Part shown: in pieces, positions 29,444-39,838 of the stretch
Position numbering within the stretch: position 1 is the first letter of the stretch
How the letters are laid out: each line of letters begins with the position of its first letter
Source: Acholeplasmataceae bacterium
GTDB lineage: Bacteria > Bacillota_I > Bacilli_A > Acholeplasmatales > Acholeplasmataceae
DNA length: 59,789 nt
NCBI GenBank assembly: GCA_024709245.1
Contig: JANJXB010000072.1
Location: forward strand, 1-59,789
Direction: 5' to 3'
Made by a program: the position numbers and the translations under genes
Notes under the pieces: model-generated
Databases searched by the model: none
What the model saw: only the letters and a program-made list of their open reading frames with translations
Told to the model about the DNA's origin: nothing

Positions 29444-30420
29444 TGATTATTCTCAGAATGTGTGATCTGATCGAAGATCTGAGAGATAGGTTCATCTTTG
29501 ACAATATGTAAAATCGATTGTCCAAGAAGTGGTCCGATAGAAAGTTGTTTGATTTTAGGTGATCTCTTGTCAAAAGAAAGATCAATCGTATCTGTAACAA
29601 CAACTTCAGAGATGACAGAATTATTGATACGTTCAATCGCAGCTCCTGAAAGTACAGCATGCGTTGCTGCAGCATAGACTTTAGTTGCTCCTGCATCGAC
29701 AAGTGCCTGAGCACCTGCAACCAGTGTGCCTGCTGTATCAATGATATCATCCACCATGATTGCAATCTTGCCTGCAACATCCCCGATTAAGTTCTGGACT
29801 TCGGCCTTGTTAGGCTCTGGGCGGCGCTTATCAATAATCGCAAGAGGAGCATCTAATATTTTAGCAAACACGCGCGCTCTCGTCACTCCACCATGGTCTG
29901 GGGAAACAACAACGATGTTCTTCAGTTTTTTACGATAATTAAAATAGTCAGCCAAAAGCGGAGCAGCAGGGAAATTATCAATGGGTATGTTAAAGAATCC
30001 TTGAATTTGTGCAGCATGCAAATCAATACAAATGACACGATTGACTCCAGCAACCTGAAGCATGTCAGCAACCAATTTAGCAGTGATGGGTTGTCTTGAT
30101 TTCGCTTTTCGATCTTGTCTGGAATATCCGTAATAAGGCATCAAGACTGTGATGGTTTTTGCAGAAGCTCTTTTGAGAGCATCTGACATGATGAGTAATT
30201 CCATCAGATGTTCATTGGCTGGAGCTGAAGTGGATTGGATGACAAAACAATCGTGTCCTCTGACACTTTCTTCAATGTTAACCGATATTTCTCCATCTGC
30301 AAACCGGACGACATCCGCAGTTGAAAGTGGAATGTTGGCAGCTTTAGAAATCTCTGCAGCAAGCGACTTATTCGAACTGAGTGCGAACAGTTTGATCTTC
30401 TTTCCATCAATGATTGACAT
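29440..30420 (-). CDS. prs: Ribose-phosphate pyrophosphokinase
   Basis: [27 protein letters not shown] and [10 protein letters not shown] motifs. Confidence 0.98.
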   Translation of the reverse strand: MSIIDGKKIKLFALSSNKSLAAEISKAANIPLSTADVVRFADGEISVNIEESVRGHDCFVIQSTSAPANEHLMELLIMSDALKRASAKTITVLMPYYGYSRQDRKAKSRQPITAKLVADMLQVAGVNRVICIDLHAAQIQGFFNIPIDNFPAAPLLADYFNYRKKLKNIVVVSPDHGGVTRARVFAKILDAPLAIIDKRRPEPNKAEVQNLIGDVAGKIAIMVDDIIDTAGTLVAGAQALVDAGATKVYAAATHAVLSGAAIERINNSVISEVVVTDTIDLSFDKRSPKIKQLSIGPLLGQSILHIVKDEPISQIFDQITHSENNQ

Positions 30421-30494
30421 AGTTATGCTCCTTTATCGACTAGATACGACTTCATTATACACGAAAGTGTATGGAATTGATGATACAGGTCTCC

Positions 30495-30534
30495 AAAAAA
30501 AAATCTCTTTGCACAGAGGTGCAAAAAAGATTTT
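30495..30534 (-). terminator. Intrinsic terminator after spoVG
   Basis: TTTGCAC/GTGCAAA stem extended by AAATCT/AGATTT, then a T-run. Confidence 0.65.
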
Positions 30535-30554
30535 CATCTACATACGTTTGATCA

Positions 30555-30839
30555 CTATACTTCTTCTTCATACTCGACCGGATTGAGTCGAGCTTCATTG
30601 TAGGCTGCAGTAATCGCATCCTCAATCATCTTGCGCATTTCACCGTGTATGGGATGTGCGATGTCTCTGAATGTACCATTTGGGGTTTTCTTGCTTGGCA
30701 TCGCAACAAAGATGCCGTTTTCACCTTCAATGATACGAATGTCGTGTACGACAAAGCTTTCGTCGAAAGTGATTGTCGCAACGCCTCTAAGTCTGCTTTC
30801 GCTACTTACAAGTTTTACTCTTACGTCGGTAATCTTCAT
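30555..30839 (-). CDS. spoVG: SpoVG family nucleic-acid-binding regulator
   Basis: MKITDVRV..FVVHDIRII..FVAMPS..FRDIAHPI. Confidence 0.95.
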   Translation of the reverse strand: MKITDVRVKLVSSESRLRGVATITFDESFVVHDIRIIEGENGIFVAMPSKKTPNGTFRDIAHPIHGEMRKMIEDAITAAYNEARLNPVEYEEEV

Positions 30840-30908
30840 TTTGCCCTCCAAGTCGTCCTTTTGGTATACCTAAATTATACCACGGAGAATAGGATAATTA
30901 AATATATT

Positions 30909-31730
30909 TTAATATTTTGGCTTTGTTTCAATGGTTTCGAGTCCAAGTTTTGATAATTTTAGTTTGACGGTTCCAGATGACCCTTTTAAGATGGGAATGA
31001 AAAACGTCGCACCACTCCCACTCATCAAACCCAATCTCGACACTTTTCGAACTTTTTTCCAGGTCGATTCCAGTTCAGGATAAAGTTTGAGGGTTGTCAT
31101 GGTGAGATGATTGTAGGTTCTTCTAAAAAACGCATGAAAATGATCGTTTAGGTAAAGTCTGAATAACCGATCGAACTGTTTGGGTTGATGTGTAATGGTG
31201 TGATTCGAGAAGACTCGACCGGTTGAAACATTGAGTGGAGAGACGATGAGATGAATGGATTCGATTGGTGGCGTGTGGATGAATAGAAGATGTTCTCCTC
31301 GACCAAAGACATAAGCAGGGCGATTATACAAACAAAAGAGTGTATCCGACCCAAGTGATAAGGCGATCTCTTCCAATTCTTTGAATTCTAGATTCAGTTG
31401 CCACAACCGATTCAATCCTCTAAGGGTTGCTGCGATATCTGCAGACCCTCCTGCGAGCCCGGCGCCAATGGGTATTCTTTTCAAGAGAGTAATGAGCGCG
31501 CCAGCGCGGACGCGCGATTTTTTTTGGAGCGCATATGCCGCTTTCAATACACCATTGTCTGGAATATCAATATTGGATTTTAAAATGATTTCATCAGCGT
31601 GTTCAAATGTCATTTCATCATGGAGTTCGATGGGAATCATGATCATCTTTAACTCATGATAACCATCTTCTCTTTTGCCCACGACATCGAGTGCTAGATT
31701 TACTTTTGCATACGCATCTTCCTTAATCAT
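30909..31730 (-). CDS. ispE: 4-diphosphocytidyl-2-C-methyl-D-erythritol kinase (GHMP family)
   Basis: AYAKVNLAL..REDGYHEL, KRIPIGAGLAGGSAD and MSGSG motifs. Start refined to 31730. Confidence 0.88.
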   Translation of the reverse strand: MIKEDAYAKVNLALDVVGKREDGYHELKMIMIPIELHDEMTFEHADEIILKSNIDIPDNGVLKAAYALQKKSRVRAGALITLLKRIPIGAGLAGGSADIAATLRGLNRLWQLNLEFKELEEIALSLGSDTLFCLYNRPAYVFGRGEHLLFIHTPPIESIHLIVSPLNVSTGRVFSNHTITHQPKQFDRLFRLYLNDHFHAFFRRTYNHLTMTTLKLYPELESTWKKVRKVSRLGLMSGSGATFFIPILKGSSGTVKLKLSKLGLETIETKPKY

Positions 31731-32508
31731 AAGACCACACCCTTGCCAGTTTGATGAAATCATCAATCGATAATTGCTCGGCTCTCACTTGAGCAGGATA
31801 CCCATGTTCAATGAGAAACGATTCCAAAAGTGGTTTTGGAACACTGAAGGCTTCAAACCAATTGTTTAACAGTGTTTTCCTCTTTTGTCGAAATGCTTCT
31901 TTCACTAACTTCAGAAAACGAGTTTCATATTCTTTTTCAATGAGTCTGTTTTTACGCTTCACAAGGCGAATCACAGCACTATCGACATTGGGTATCGGAA
32001 AAAACATATGCCTTTTCACATCCATCATTTTTGAAGCTTCTGCGTGATACTGTAAGACGATGGATAGTGCATTGTATGAAGGGCTTCCTGGTTTGGCTAG
32101 CAAGCGTTCAAGGACTTCTTTTTGGATCATAAGCGATGCAGATACAATCGATTCGGTCTCAAGAATTTTGAAAAGAATCGGTGTTGTGATGTAATAAGGA
32201 ACATTAGCAACCACATGAAGTTCACTTGCGAGATGCGATAAGTCTGCATCCATAAAATCTTCATAGATAATCGTTAAATTGGGATGTTTTTCTAAGAGTG
32301 GATCTAAAATAGGTTTTAGTGATTCATCAATTTCATAACAGACAACATCATTGGCTTGTTCAGCCAAAAAAGAGGTGAGAGCTCCTTGTCCAGGACCCAC
32401 TTCAAGAACATGCTTATGTTCGATGTCGGACAATCTGACCATCTTCATCAATAAATTTTTATCTCTTAAGAAGTTCTGTCCGTATTTCTTCTTGGCTTGA
32501 TGATTCAC
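31723..32508 (-). CDS. rsmA: 16S rRNA dimethyladenosine transferase KsgA/RsmA
   Basis: KKYGQNFL, LEVGPGQGALT and VANVPYYITTP motifs. GTG start at 32508 behind GAGGTG. Confidence 0.96.
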   Translation of the reverse strand: MNHQAKKKYGQNFLRDKNLLMKMVRLSDIEHKHVLEVGPGQGALTSFLAEQANDVVCYEIDESLKPILDPLLEKHPNLTIIYEDFMDADLSHLASELHVVANVPYYITTPILFKILETESIVSASLMIQKEVLERLLAKPGSPSYNALSIVLQYHAEASKMMDVKRHMFFPIPNVDSAVIRLVKRKNRLIEKEYETRFLKLVKEAFRQKRKTLLNNWFEAFSVPKPLLESFLIEHGYPAQVRAEQLSIDDFIKLARVWSYD

Positions 32509-33037
32509 GAAGCACCTCGATGATTGTTTCTTGTTTGATGTCAAACATGTGAAGTCTTTGGTAGAGAGACTTACCATTGGTTCTACCAATCTTTAATGCT
32601 TGTGAGAGGATATCTCTTAACGCCTGGCTATGAGGTGCACCTGTCAGTCCTACATCGTGTAGGAAAGCGTGTGTCACATCACTTTCAGACGTTTTAGAAA
32701 CCATCTTGATGTTGGATAAAGAACGTCTGATATCTTCTTCTGTTGCATGTTCAATGCCCACTTTTTTCCCATTTGTGGATACTGCAAGATCACGGTTGAG
32801 AAAGACATGATGGACGTGAATCAGTGATTTTGAAAGAAGTCTTCGAATTCTTTCGCCGGCATGGTCTGGATCGGTAAACAAGATGATATCGTGCGTTGCA
32901 TCCAACTTCTTCAAGAGATCAACAGCATCCCTATCGATGGCACTACCATTTGTTGTTACCACTTTGATTTCAGGAAAAATTGAGGAGATTTTGAACGCAT
33001 CATTTTTCCCTTCAACAACAATGACCTGAGGTCTCAT
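32459..33037 (-). CDS. rnmV: Ribonuclease M5 (Toprim)
   Basis: VIVVEGKND, TNGSA, FTDPDHAGERIR and GIEHA motifs; upstream of ksgA. Confidence 0.93.
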   Translation of the reverse strand: MRPQVIVVEGKNDAFKISSIFPEIKVVTTNGSAIDRDAVDLLKKLDATHDIILFTDPDHAGERIRRLLSKSLIHVHHVFLNRDLAVSTNGKKVGIEHATEEDIRRSLSNIKMVSKTSESDVTHAFLHDVGLTGAPHSQALRDILSQALKIGRTNGKSLYQRLHMFDIKQETIIEVLRESSSQEEIRTELLKR

Positions 33038-34239
33038 GATTTTCTGTAGAAAAACTTAGGATCTCTTTTATTTCCACTCTGCATCAGTGATGAAATGATT
33101 TGAGATTGTTCTTTCAGTGTCGAGATGCTGCCATCTTCAAGCAGGATATAGATTTTATCACCAAAGTTTTCTTCATCATCTTTATATGTTGTATTTTCAA
33201 CGGTACGATAGGATGTCCAGTATTTCAACTCTTCTGGGCTCATTTTTGATTTGATTTCTTCAATCTTGCTCTGATTTTCAGGTGTATCGTTGATGTATCC
33301 CCAAATATGCCGATTCATAAAATCATCGGCAAGCGATCTTAAAATCAAATCCTCGGATCTTCTAAAACCAGAAATCAGTCCATTGATGTAATAATCATCG
33401 ATCCGAATATAATTGTCGAGATCACTCGGATCTTCGATGACTTTTTTTAAAGGTTCGACATCACCTTTGAACTGGAATCCAGAAAGGAGTAAATCTCGAA
33501 CTCTTAAATAGATCTTTTCTAAATTGACTTCATAGGCTCTCGATACAGCGTGATAATACACTTGCCAGTACATGTGATATCTGGCAATTAAATAGTTTTC
33601 GATCGCATGAATGCCCGAATATTTGAAGACAATCTTCCCTTTTTGAATGTAAATCACTCGAATCAAACGGTCCAAATCAATATGCCCATAGGCTGTACCG
33701 GTGAAATAGGCATCTCTTTCCAAATAATCCAAACGATCGACATCCAGTTGAGATGAAATCAATTGTTCAATTAAAGGAAACTTCTTTTTCTTTAAAATAA
33801 CCGAAGCAACATCTTCTCTAAAACGATCATCTACAGAATCCAGGATATCTCGCATCTCTTGATTATTCAAAATCAGTTTTGCCCCAATGGTTTCGTGATT
33901 GACTTTGAAAACATCTTCAAAGGCATGGGAATATGCCCCATGACCGATATCATGTAACAAAGCTGCACATAAAAAAATCATTTTTGAACGCTCATCCAGA
34001 GCTTTTGAGACATCGGGAATGGTTAAAAATCGGTTTGCAATTTCATACACACCGAGGCTATGGGAAAATCTGGAATGCTCAGCACCATGAAAAACCATCT
34101 GAACACCTGAAAGTTGTCGTACTCTCCGTAGGCGTTGAAATAAGGATGAATTGATGATATTCAGTACCAATTCATGATCAACATGGATGTATCCGTAAAG
34201 AGGATCTCTGAAAACCTGTTGTTTATTGAGTTTTTGCAT
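33034..34239 (-). CDS. HD-domain phosphohydrolase (YwfO/SAMHD1-like dNTPase family)
   Basis: RDPLYGYI, FQRLRRVRQL, HSRFSHSLG, LLHDIGHG and LDVDRLDYL motifs. Confidence 0.9.
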   Translation of the reverse strand: MQKLNKQQVFRDPLYGYIHVDHELVLNIINSSLFQRLRRVRQLSGVQMVFHGAEHSRFSHSLGVYEIANRFLTIPDVSKALDERSKMIFLCAALLHDIGHGAYSHAFEDVFKVNHETIGAKLILNNQEMRDILDSVDDRFREDVASVILKKKKFPLIEQLISSQLDVDRLDYLERDAYFTGTAYGHIDLDRLIRVIYIQKGKIVFKYSGIHAIENYLIARYHMYWQVYYHAVSRAYEVNLEKIYLRVRDLLLSGFQFKGDVEPLKKVIEDPSDLDNYIRIDDYYINGLISGFRRSEDLILRSLADDFMNRHIWGYINDTPENQSKIEEIKSKMSPEELKYWTSYRTVENTTYKDDEENFGDKIYILLEDGSISTLKEQSQIISSLMQSGNKRDPKFFYRKS

Positions 34240-34276
34240 AAGTACCTCCAAAGGTCAAAAAGTGCCTCGATAGGCA

Positions 34277-34867
34277 CTATTCATTGATGGTGTAAGATTT
34301 AACGAGTTCGACAAAATCACCTGTATTCAGCATGAATGCACTGCCATCATCGGTATCCAAATGGCAATCCAGTCTGAACTGTGGATGAACTCTACACAAT
34401 ACATTGTCTAAGATACCCGCTTTGATTCCACCGACTCTAAGGCTGACGATCTGGCGGTCGACAACACCGAATTCTTTGGCTTCTTCGGGAGAAAAATGAA
34501 TGTGACGGTCTGCAATGATGACCCCTTCGGAAATACTCACCTGTCCTTTTGGACCGATCAGTGTCGCTGCACCTGAGCCCTTGACATCGCCTGATGAACG
34601 AACGGGTGCAACAAATTTATAACGAATGGCGTCACTTTTTGAAATTTCAACTTGTGATGCTGGGCGAACAGGTCCTAGAATTCGAACGCCTGCAAGCAGT
34701 TTGCCATCGGGACTGACCACATCTACCTTTTCTTCACAAGCATATTGTCCTGGTTGGGTCAACGCTTTCATGACTGTTAATTGATATCCACTTCCAAACA
34801 AAATTTCCAAATGTTCTTGTGTTAAATGAAGATGACGTCCTGAAATGCCTACTGGTACTTTTTTCAT
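34277..34867 (-). CDS. pduL: PduL-family phosphate acyltransferase
   Basis: SGRHLHL, LTQPGQYA, VRILGPVR, RHIH and HLDTDD motifs. Confidence 0.92.
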   Translation of the reverse strand: MKKVPVGISGRHLHLTQEHLEILFGSGYQLTVMKALTQPGQYACEEKVDVVSPDGKLLAGVRILGPVRPASQVEISKSDAIRYKFVAPVRSSGDVKGSGAATLIGPKGQVSISEGVIIADRHIHFSPEEAKEFGVVDRQIVSLRVGGIKAGILDNVLCRVHPQFRLDCHLDTDDGSAFMLNTGDFVELVKSYTINE

Positions 34868-34963
34868 CGTATATTGCCTCCTGCATACGAAATGATTATA
34901 TCATTTTCTATGGTGCTTTTCAACGTCATTATGATAGAATAAGGTCAGGAAAGAGGTGTTGAT

Positions 34964-35380
34964 ATGCCCAGTATATTCTCAAAAATCATTGCGAAAGAAA
35001 TTCCAGCTCACTTCGTCTATGAAGATGATCACGTGGTCGCTTTCTTAGACATTTCACAGGCTACCAAAGGTCATACGCTGATTGTGCCTAAGGTTGAATA
35101 CAAGGATATTTTTGAAATGCCGGGAGAGTTGTCGGCACACCTATTCAAGGTCACAGTCAAACTCTCGAAAGCCATCCAGAAAGCATTCAATGCCAAAGGG
35201 TTGAATATCCTTTCAAACAACGGTGAAACCGCAGGACAGACAGTTTTTCACTTCCATCTTCATTTGATTCCTCGCTATGAAAAAGATGATGTTACCATCC
35301 GTCTTAGCAATTATATGGGTGGCTTAGTCGCGTCCGATTATAAAGAAAGAGCCCACTTGATTAGAGAGGCTCTATTGTAA
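34964..35380 (+). CDS. hit: HIT family nucleotide hydrolase
   Basis: IFSKII, AFLDI..GHTLIVPK and AGQTVFHFHLHLIPR motifs. Confidence 0.93.
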   Translation: MPSIFSKIIAKEIPAHFVYEDDHVVAFLDISQATKGHTLIVPKVEYKDIFEMPGELSAHLFKVTVKLSKAIQKAFNAKGLNILSNNGETAGQTVFHFHLHLIPRYEKDDVTIRLSNYMGGLVASDYKERAHLIREALL

Positions 35381-36620
35381 ACATGACACCATGGTTGATG
35401 TTTTCAACCTTGAGTAAAAGATTGAAGTGAACACACGTTTTTTGAACAATGCTCATCCCTAAACCGAACTGGCCTTTTTGGCCTTTTTCGTAAGGTTTGA
35501 ACAATTGATCAATGAATTTTTGACTGATTGGCTCACCATCATTAAAGAAGGTGAGCTTTTTATTTTTGAGCGTGATGACGATCTTGGTTTTTGCATATCG
35601 CATCGCGTTATCGATGATGTTCGAAAATGCATTATAGAAATTTTCCGTCACACCATAATAAGTGGAGTCATCTAAATCCGTGATGAATTCAAGATTGGAT
35701 CGATATTTTTGGTTATTCACAATGTTGTTGATCACTTCTTTAATCTTGACTGACTCATATTCATTTTCATCTTTTAAATACTCTAATTTAGAAAGTTCAA
35801 GCAATTGTTTAACTTTTTGGTTCAGCATTTCAGCTTGCTTGATGATAACATCTGTTTCACTGATGTCTGATACACCATCTCCAATGGCTTCTGCGTAGGA
35901 TTGAATGACTGCTATCGGTGTCTTGAAGTCATGTGAAATATTTTGAAGCATTTCTTGTTTTGTCTTTTCACTGGCTTCAATTTCCTGGCGCATCCGTTCA
36001 ATGGTCTTCGCAAGATCAGTGATTTCATCGCTTCCATCGATTTCAATGGGGACTTTATAATCATTGAGGGATAAGACTGCAACTTCACCTCTTAATCTCT
36101 TCACGCGTTCAACTGTAATTTTCGACCACATCAAAATAATGACATTCCCCAGCAAAACCAGTGCGATAAAGCTGATTTGAATGAGCGCATTGAATGAATT
36201 GCCGAGCATTCTTAAGTAGTCTTCTGAGGTAAATACGATTGTCATGTTGCCAGAAGGTCTTCGGTTGATTAAAAAGGTATAGGTAATTCCTTCGATGGTT
36301 TCTGTTTTTGAACTCCCTGGCCAGATAGACAATTCACTGACAATACGTGATGCAGTATAGTTGCCATCCAGAATCTCTAAGTTACCCACACTTCGAATCG
36401 AGCCATTTTCATAGATGATGTATCCATTATATTCAGAAAGTGGGGGTTGATTGAGATTCATATTCACATCTTGAAGATAGAGAGCAAGTTGTGACTGGTT
36501 CTGTTCGATTCTAAAGTCAGCGAAAACACGATTTAAGGCAATTAAAAAAATCAGACTGGTCAACAGTGTCACAATCGTAAAGATGAGATTGAGTTGTGTT
36601 GTCAGTTTGATTTCTTTCAT
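35361..36620 (-). CDS. Sensor histidine kinase (HAMP-HisKA-HATPase)
   Basis: Two TM helices, HAMP (DEITDL), H-box ISHDFKTP, NIIDNAMRY and GLGMSI motifs. Confidence 0.93.
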   Translation of the reverse strand: MKEIKLTTQLNLIFTIVTLLTSLIFLIALNRVFADFRIEQNQSQLALYLQDVNMNLNQPPLSEYNGYIIYENGSIRSVGNLEILDGNYTASRIVSELSIWPGSSKTETIEGITYTFLINRRPSGNMTIVFTSEDYLRMLGNSFNALIQISFIALVLLGNVIILMWSKITVERVKRLRGEVAVLSLNDYKVPIEIDGSDEITDLAKTIERMRQEIEASEKTKQEMLQNISHDFKTPIAVIQSYAEAIGDGVSDISETDVIIKQAEMLNQKVKQLLELSKLEYLKDENEYESVKIKEVINNIVNNQKYRSNLEFITDLDDSTYYGVTENFYNAFSNIIDNAMRYAKTKIVITLKNKKLTFFNDGEPISQKFIDQLFKPYEKGQKGQFGLGMSIVQKTCVHFNLLLKVENINHGVMFTIEPL

Positions 36621-37273
36621 AATAAGCGATAACCGAATCCGTAAATCGTTTCAATCTTAAGATCTGGCATTTTGTGTCTTAATCTTCTCAGCAAATCATC
36701 AACGACACGATCACTACCGTAGTAGTTTTCGCCCCAAACATGCTTTAAGATTTGTTCTCTTCCAAATGCTTGATTGAGGTTCTTCAAGAAAAACAACAAG
36801 AGTTCGAATTCCTTATTGGTGAGATCAATCATTTGGCTACCTGTTCGAATCTCACGACGTGTCACATTGATTTCATAGTGTGCATACGTCACCATTTCAG
36901 AAGCTGACGCTTGAGCATGACGCTTCAAGACTGCTTTAACTCTTAAGATCAATTCTCTTGGTGAATAAGGTTTTGCAAGATAATCATCGCTCCCCAATTC
37001 AAGACCCATGATTTTATCTAAGTCTTGGTCTCTTGCTGAGGTAAAGATGACTGATGATGTACTTCCAGAAGATTTGAGCGCTTTGATCAAATCATACCCA
37101 CTGACTTCACCACTGAGCATGATGTCTAAAATCCATAAATCAACCGGATCTTGAATGTGCTCCATGGCGGTTTCACCATCACCAAATACTGTGGTTTCAT
37201 AGCCTTCTCTGGTTAAATACTTACGAATGATTTCTGATAAATCTTTTTCGTCTTCGACAAAATATATTTTCAT
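36617..37273 (-). CDS. OmpR/PhoB-family response regulator
   Basis: VEDE, WILDIML, SARD..GLELGSDDYLAKP and wHTH ending ETIYGFGYRL. Start refined to 37273. Confidence 0.94.
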   Translation of the reverse strand: MKIYFVEDEKDLSEIIRKYLTREGYETTVFGDGETAMEHIQDPVDLWILDIMLSGEVSGYDLIKALKSSGSTSSVIFTSARDQDLDKIMGLELGSDDYLAKPYSPRELILRVKAVLKRHAQASASEMVTYAHYEINVTRREIRTGSQMIDLTNKEFELLLFFLKNLNQAFGREQILKHVWGENYYGSDRVVDDLLRRLRHKMPDLKIETIYGFGYRLL

Positions 37274-37416
37274 ATGTGCACCTGCCTTTTTAAGATAAAT
37301 AAGCGTGCTGAGCACACTTATTATACCATATCCAAACATCACTTAGGAGAAAATGAAGTACCTATAGTCTACCAAAAGACTGTGGGATGTCTATGTTTTT
37401 CTCATGTGAAATTGTG

Positions 37417-38694
37417 TTATTTGATGATATCTGTTCTCATGTAGGGAATCAGAACCTCGGGAACCGTGATGGTACCATCTGCATTCTGATAGTTTTCCAT
37501 GATGGCGATGATGGTTCTACCCACCGCTAAACCAGAGCCGTTGAGTGTGTGAACGTATTCAGTCTTGCTGTCCTTGGTTCTCTTGAAGCGAATATTTGCA
37601 CGTCTTGCCTGATAGTCTTCGGCATTGGAAATCGATCCAATTTCACGATACATATTCTGACCAGGTAACCAAACTTCGATGTCATAGGTTTTTGCCATAC
37701 CAAATCCCATATCGCCTGTGCACAGTGTAATCACACGGTAAGGTAATCTGAGTCTCTTCAGGACTTCTTCGCTGTTTAAAAGCATTTTTTCAAGTTCATC
37801 ATAAGATTCTTCAGGTTTTGTAAACTTGATCAATTCCACTTTATTAAACTGATGTTGTCTTAAGATGCCGCGAGTATCTCTACCTGCAGAACCAGCTTCA
37901 GAACGGAATGCCGTTGTGAATGAACAATACTTAATCGGAAGTAAGTCGCCTTCTAAGATTTCATCTCTGAATAAATTGATGGTGGGGACTTCGGCAGTTG
38001 GATTTAAATACCATGAATTGTCTCCAGCAAGAACTTTAAACGCATCATCTTTAAATTTAGGAAACTGACCGGTTGCAAACATACTCTTTTCATTCACGAT
38101 GAATGGGGGAATCACTTCAGTATAGCCATGATCATGTGCATGTAAATCCATCATGAATTGAATGAGTGCGCGTTCAAGACGTGCACCAAGCCCTTTATCG
38201 ACCACAAATCTCGTTCCTGTGATTTTAGCAGCGCGCTCAAAATCAAGAATACCTAACGATTCACCGAGTGCGATATGGTCCTTAATGGGGAAATCAAATT
38301 GGCGCGGAGCGCCGAATTTCCGAATTTCGACATTATCCTTATCGTCTTTTCCAACGGGTACAGATCCATTGGGAAGATTGGGTGTTACAGCTAACATATT
38401 AAAGATATCATCTTCAATCACTTTAAGTTTTTCATCTAATGCTTTGATGTCATCGCCCAAATGAGCGACTTCATCTAAAATATGCGTCGCATCTTGTTTG
38501 TTTCTCTTCAATTCACCAATCTTTTTCGATGCTTCATTGCGAAGCGCTTTTTTGGATTCGACATCTAAAATGATGGACTTACGTTGCTCCTGTAATTTGA
38601 CAAGATCAAAAATGTATGAAAAATCACCATTTCTCGTCGATAGTCTCTTGTACACCTCTTCAATGTGTTCTGTAACATACTTTAAATCTAACAT
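37417..38694 (-). CDS. serS: Seryl-tRNA synthetase
   Basis: [31 protein letters not shown] and [12 protein letters not shown] motifs. Confidence 0.98.
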   Translation of the reverse strand: MLDLKYVTEHIEEVYKRLSTRNGDFSYIFDLVKLQEQRKSIILDVESKKALRNEASKKIGELKRNKQDATHILDEVAHLGDDIKALDEKLKVIEDDIFNMLAVTPNLPNGSVPVGKDDKDNVEIRKFGAPRQFDFPIKDHIALGESLGILDFERAAKITGTRFVVDKGLGARLERALIQFMMDLHAHDHGYTEVIPPFIVNEKSMFATGQFPKFKDDAFKVLAGDNSWYLNPTAEVPTINLFRDEILEGDLLPIKYCSFTTAFRSEAGSAGRDTRGILRQHQFNKVELIKFTKPEESYDELEKMLLNSEEVLKRLRLPYRVITLCTGDMGFGMAKTYDIEVWLPGQNMYREIGSISNAEDYQARRANIRFKRTKDSKTEYVHTLNGSGLAVGRTIIAIMENYQNADGTITVPEVLIPYMRTDIIK

Positions 38695-38715
38695 GTTTAT
38701 TTCCTCCTTTGAAAA

Positions 38716-38927
38716 TAAAAAGTCCTTAGTAAAAACATCTAAGGACGTTGATTAACGCGGTACCACCTTAGTTCTGGAATCATCCAGCACTCGAATGTCT
38801 GTAACGGAGACTACCCGGATGGTATTAACATCACTCCAAGAGTGGAATAGACAGTTTCATCTGTTCGCTTGCACCTACCGCGAACTCTCTAAAAGATGTC
38901 ATTGTCATCATCTCTTATCCTCGTGTT
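38716..38927 (-). promoter_or_regulatory. T-box riboswitch (Ser) upstream of serS
   Basis: T-box AACTAAGGTGGTACCGCG (38773-38756); AGAGA and GGTGCAA stem-I motifs; candidate UCC specifier; terminator GTCCTTAG/CTAAGGAC plus T-run. Promoter TTGATT-17-TATAAT at 38962-38934. Confidence 0.92.
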
Positions 38928-38971
38928 AAGTCTATTATAATTCTTTTGATTCTGTTAATCAAGATTGAGCG

Positions 38972-39838
38972 TTATTTCGCTTTTTGATTAATCAGTTTTT
39001 GAAGGTCCTCTTTAATTTCGTCTTTTTGAAGACCAAAATCAAGAATCGCTTCAATGTAATCCACTTTATTACCCACATCATAACGCTTGCCTTGAATGTC
39101 ATAGGCATATACTTTTTCAGTCTGCATGAGACGCAAAATTGCATCTGTCAACTGAATCTCATTGCCTGCACCACGTGTTTGGTTTTTTAAATAACTAAAA
39201 ATACCTGGCGTTAATATGTATCTGCCACCAATAGCACTTCTCGAAGGTGCTTCCTCGACTTTCGGTTTTTCAACGACACCTTTGAGTTCCACAATGGGGC
39301 CTTTTTGGTTTTCTTTTGGAATACAGATACCATACTTCGAAGTATGTCTCAGTTCGACTTCCATGGTACCTAAAACAGTAGACTGAACTTTCTCATAGAC
39401 ATTTGCGAGTTGTTTGATTGCAGGTAAATCTTTACCCACGTACATGTCATCTCCAAGCAAAACTGCAAAAGGATCATTTCCAACAAATGCTTCAGCTTGA
39501 AGCACTGCATGTCCAAGTCCAAGTTGTTCTCTTTGTCTGATGTAATGAATTTGAGCACCTTGCGCAATGTTTCGGATGAGTCCGAATTCATAGTGCTTGT
39601 TTTTGGATAACAAGATGGTTTCTAATTCTAAGTTGTAATCAAAATAGTCGATGATTGCGTTCTTATTTGAACTGACGATCAGTAGAATGTCGGTCATCCC
39701 TGCTTCAATCGCCTCATTGACGATGTATTCAATCGTTGGATGATCGATGATCGGTAACAATTCCTTAGGTAATGCTTTGGTGATGGGGAGAAATCTTGTG
39801 CCATATCCTGCTGCTGGGATGACTGCTTTTTTAATCAT
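38972..39838 (-). CDS. galU: UTP--glucose-1-phosphate uridylyltransferase
   Basis: KAVIPAAGYGTRFLPITKALPKELLP, LGLGHAV, VEKP and EIQLTDA motifs. Confidence 0.95.
   Translation of the reverse strand: MIKKAVIPAAGYGTRFLPITKALPKELLPIIDHPTIEYIVNEAIEAGMTDILLIVSSNKNAIIDYFDYNLELETILLSKNKHYEFGLIRNIAQGAQIHYIRQREQLGLGHAVLQAEAFVGNDPFAVLLGDDMYVGKDLPAIKQLANVYEKVQSTVLGTMEVELRHTSKYGICIPKENQKGPIVELKGVVEKPKVEEAPSRSAIGGRYILTPGIFSYLKNQTRGAGNEIQLTDAILRLMQTEKVYAYDIQGKRYDVGNKVDYIEAILDFGLQKDEIKEDLQKLINQKAK

Noticed and set aside
29307-29780. 157-aa same-strand alternative-frame ORF over prs/pth
   Set aside because: Nested in two conserved genes with no RBS or motif.
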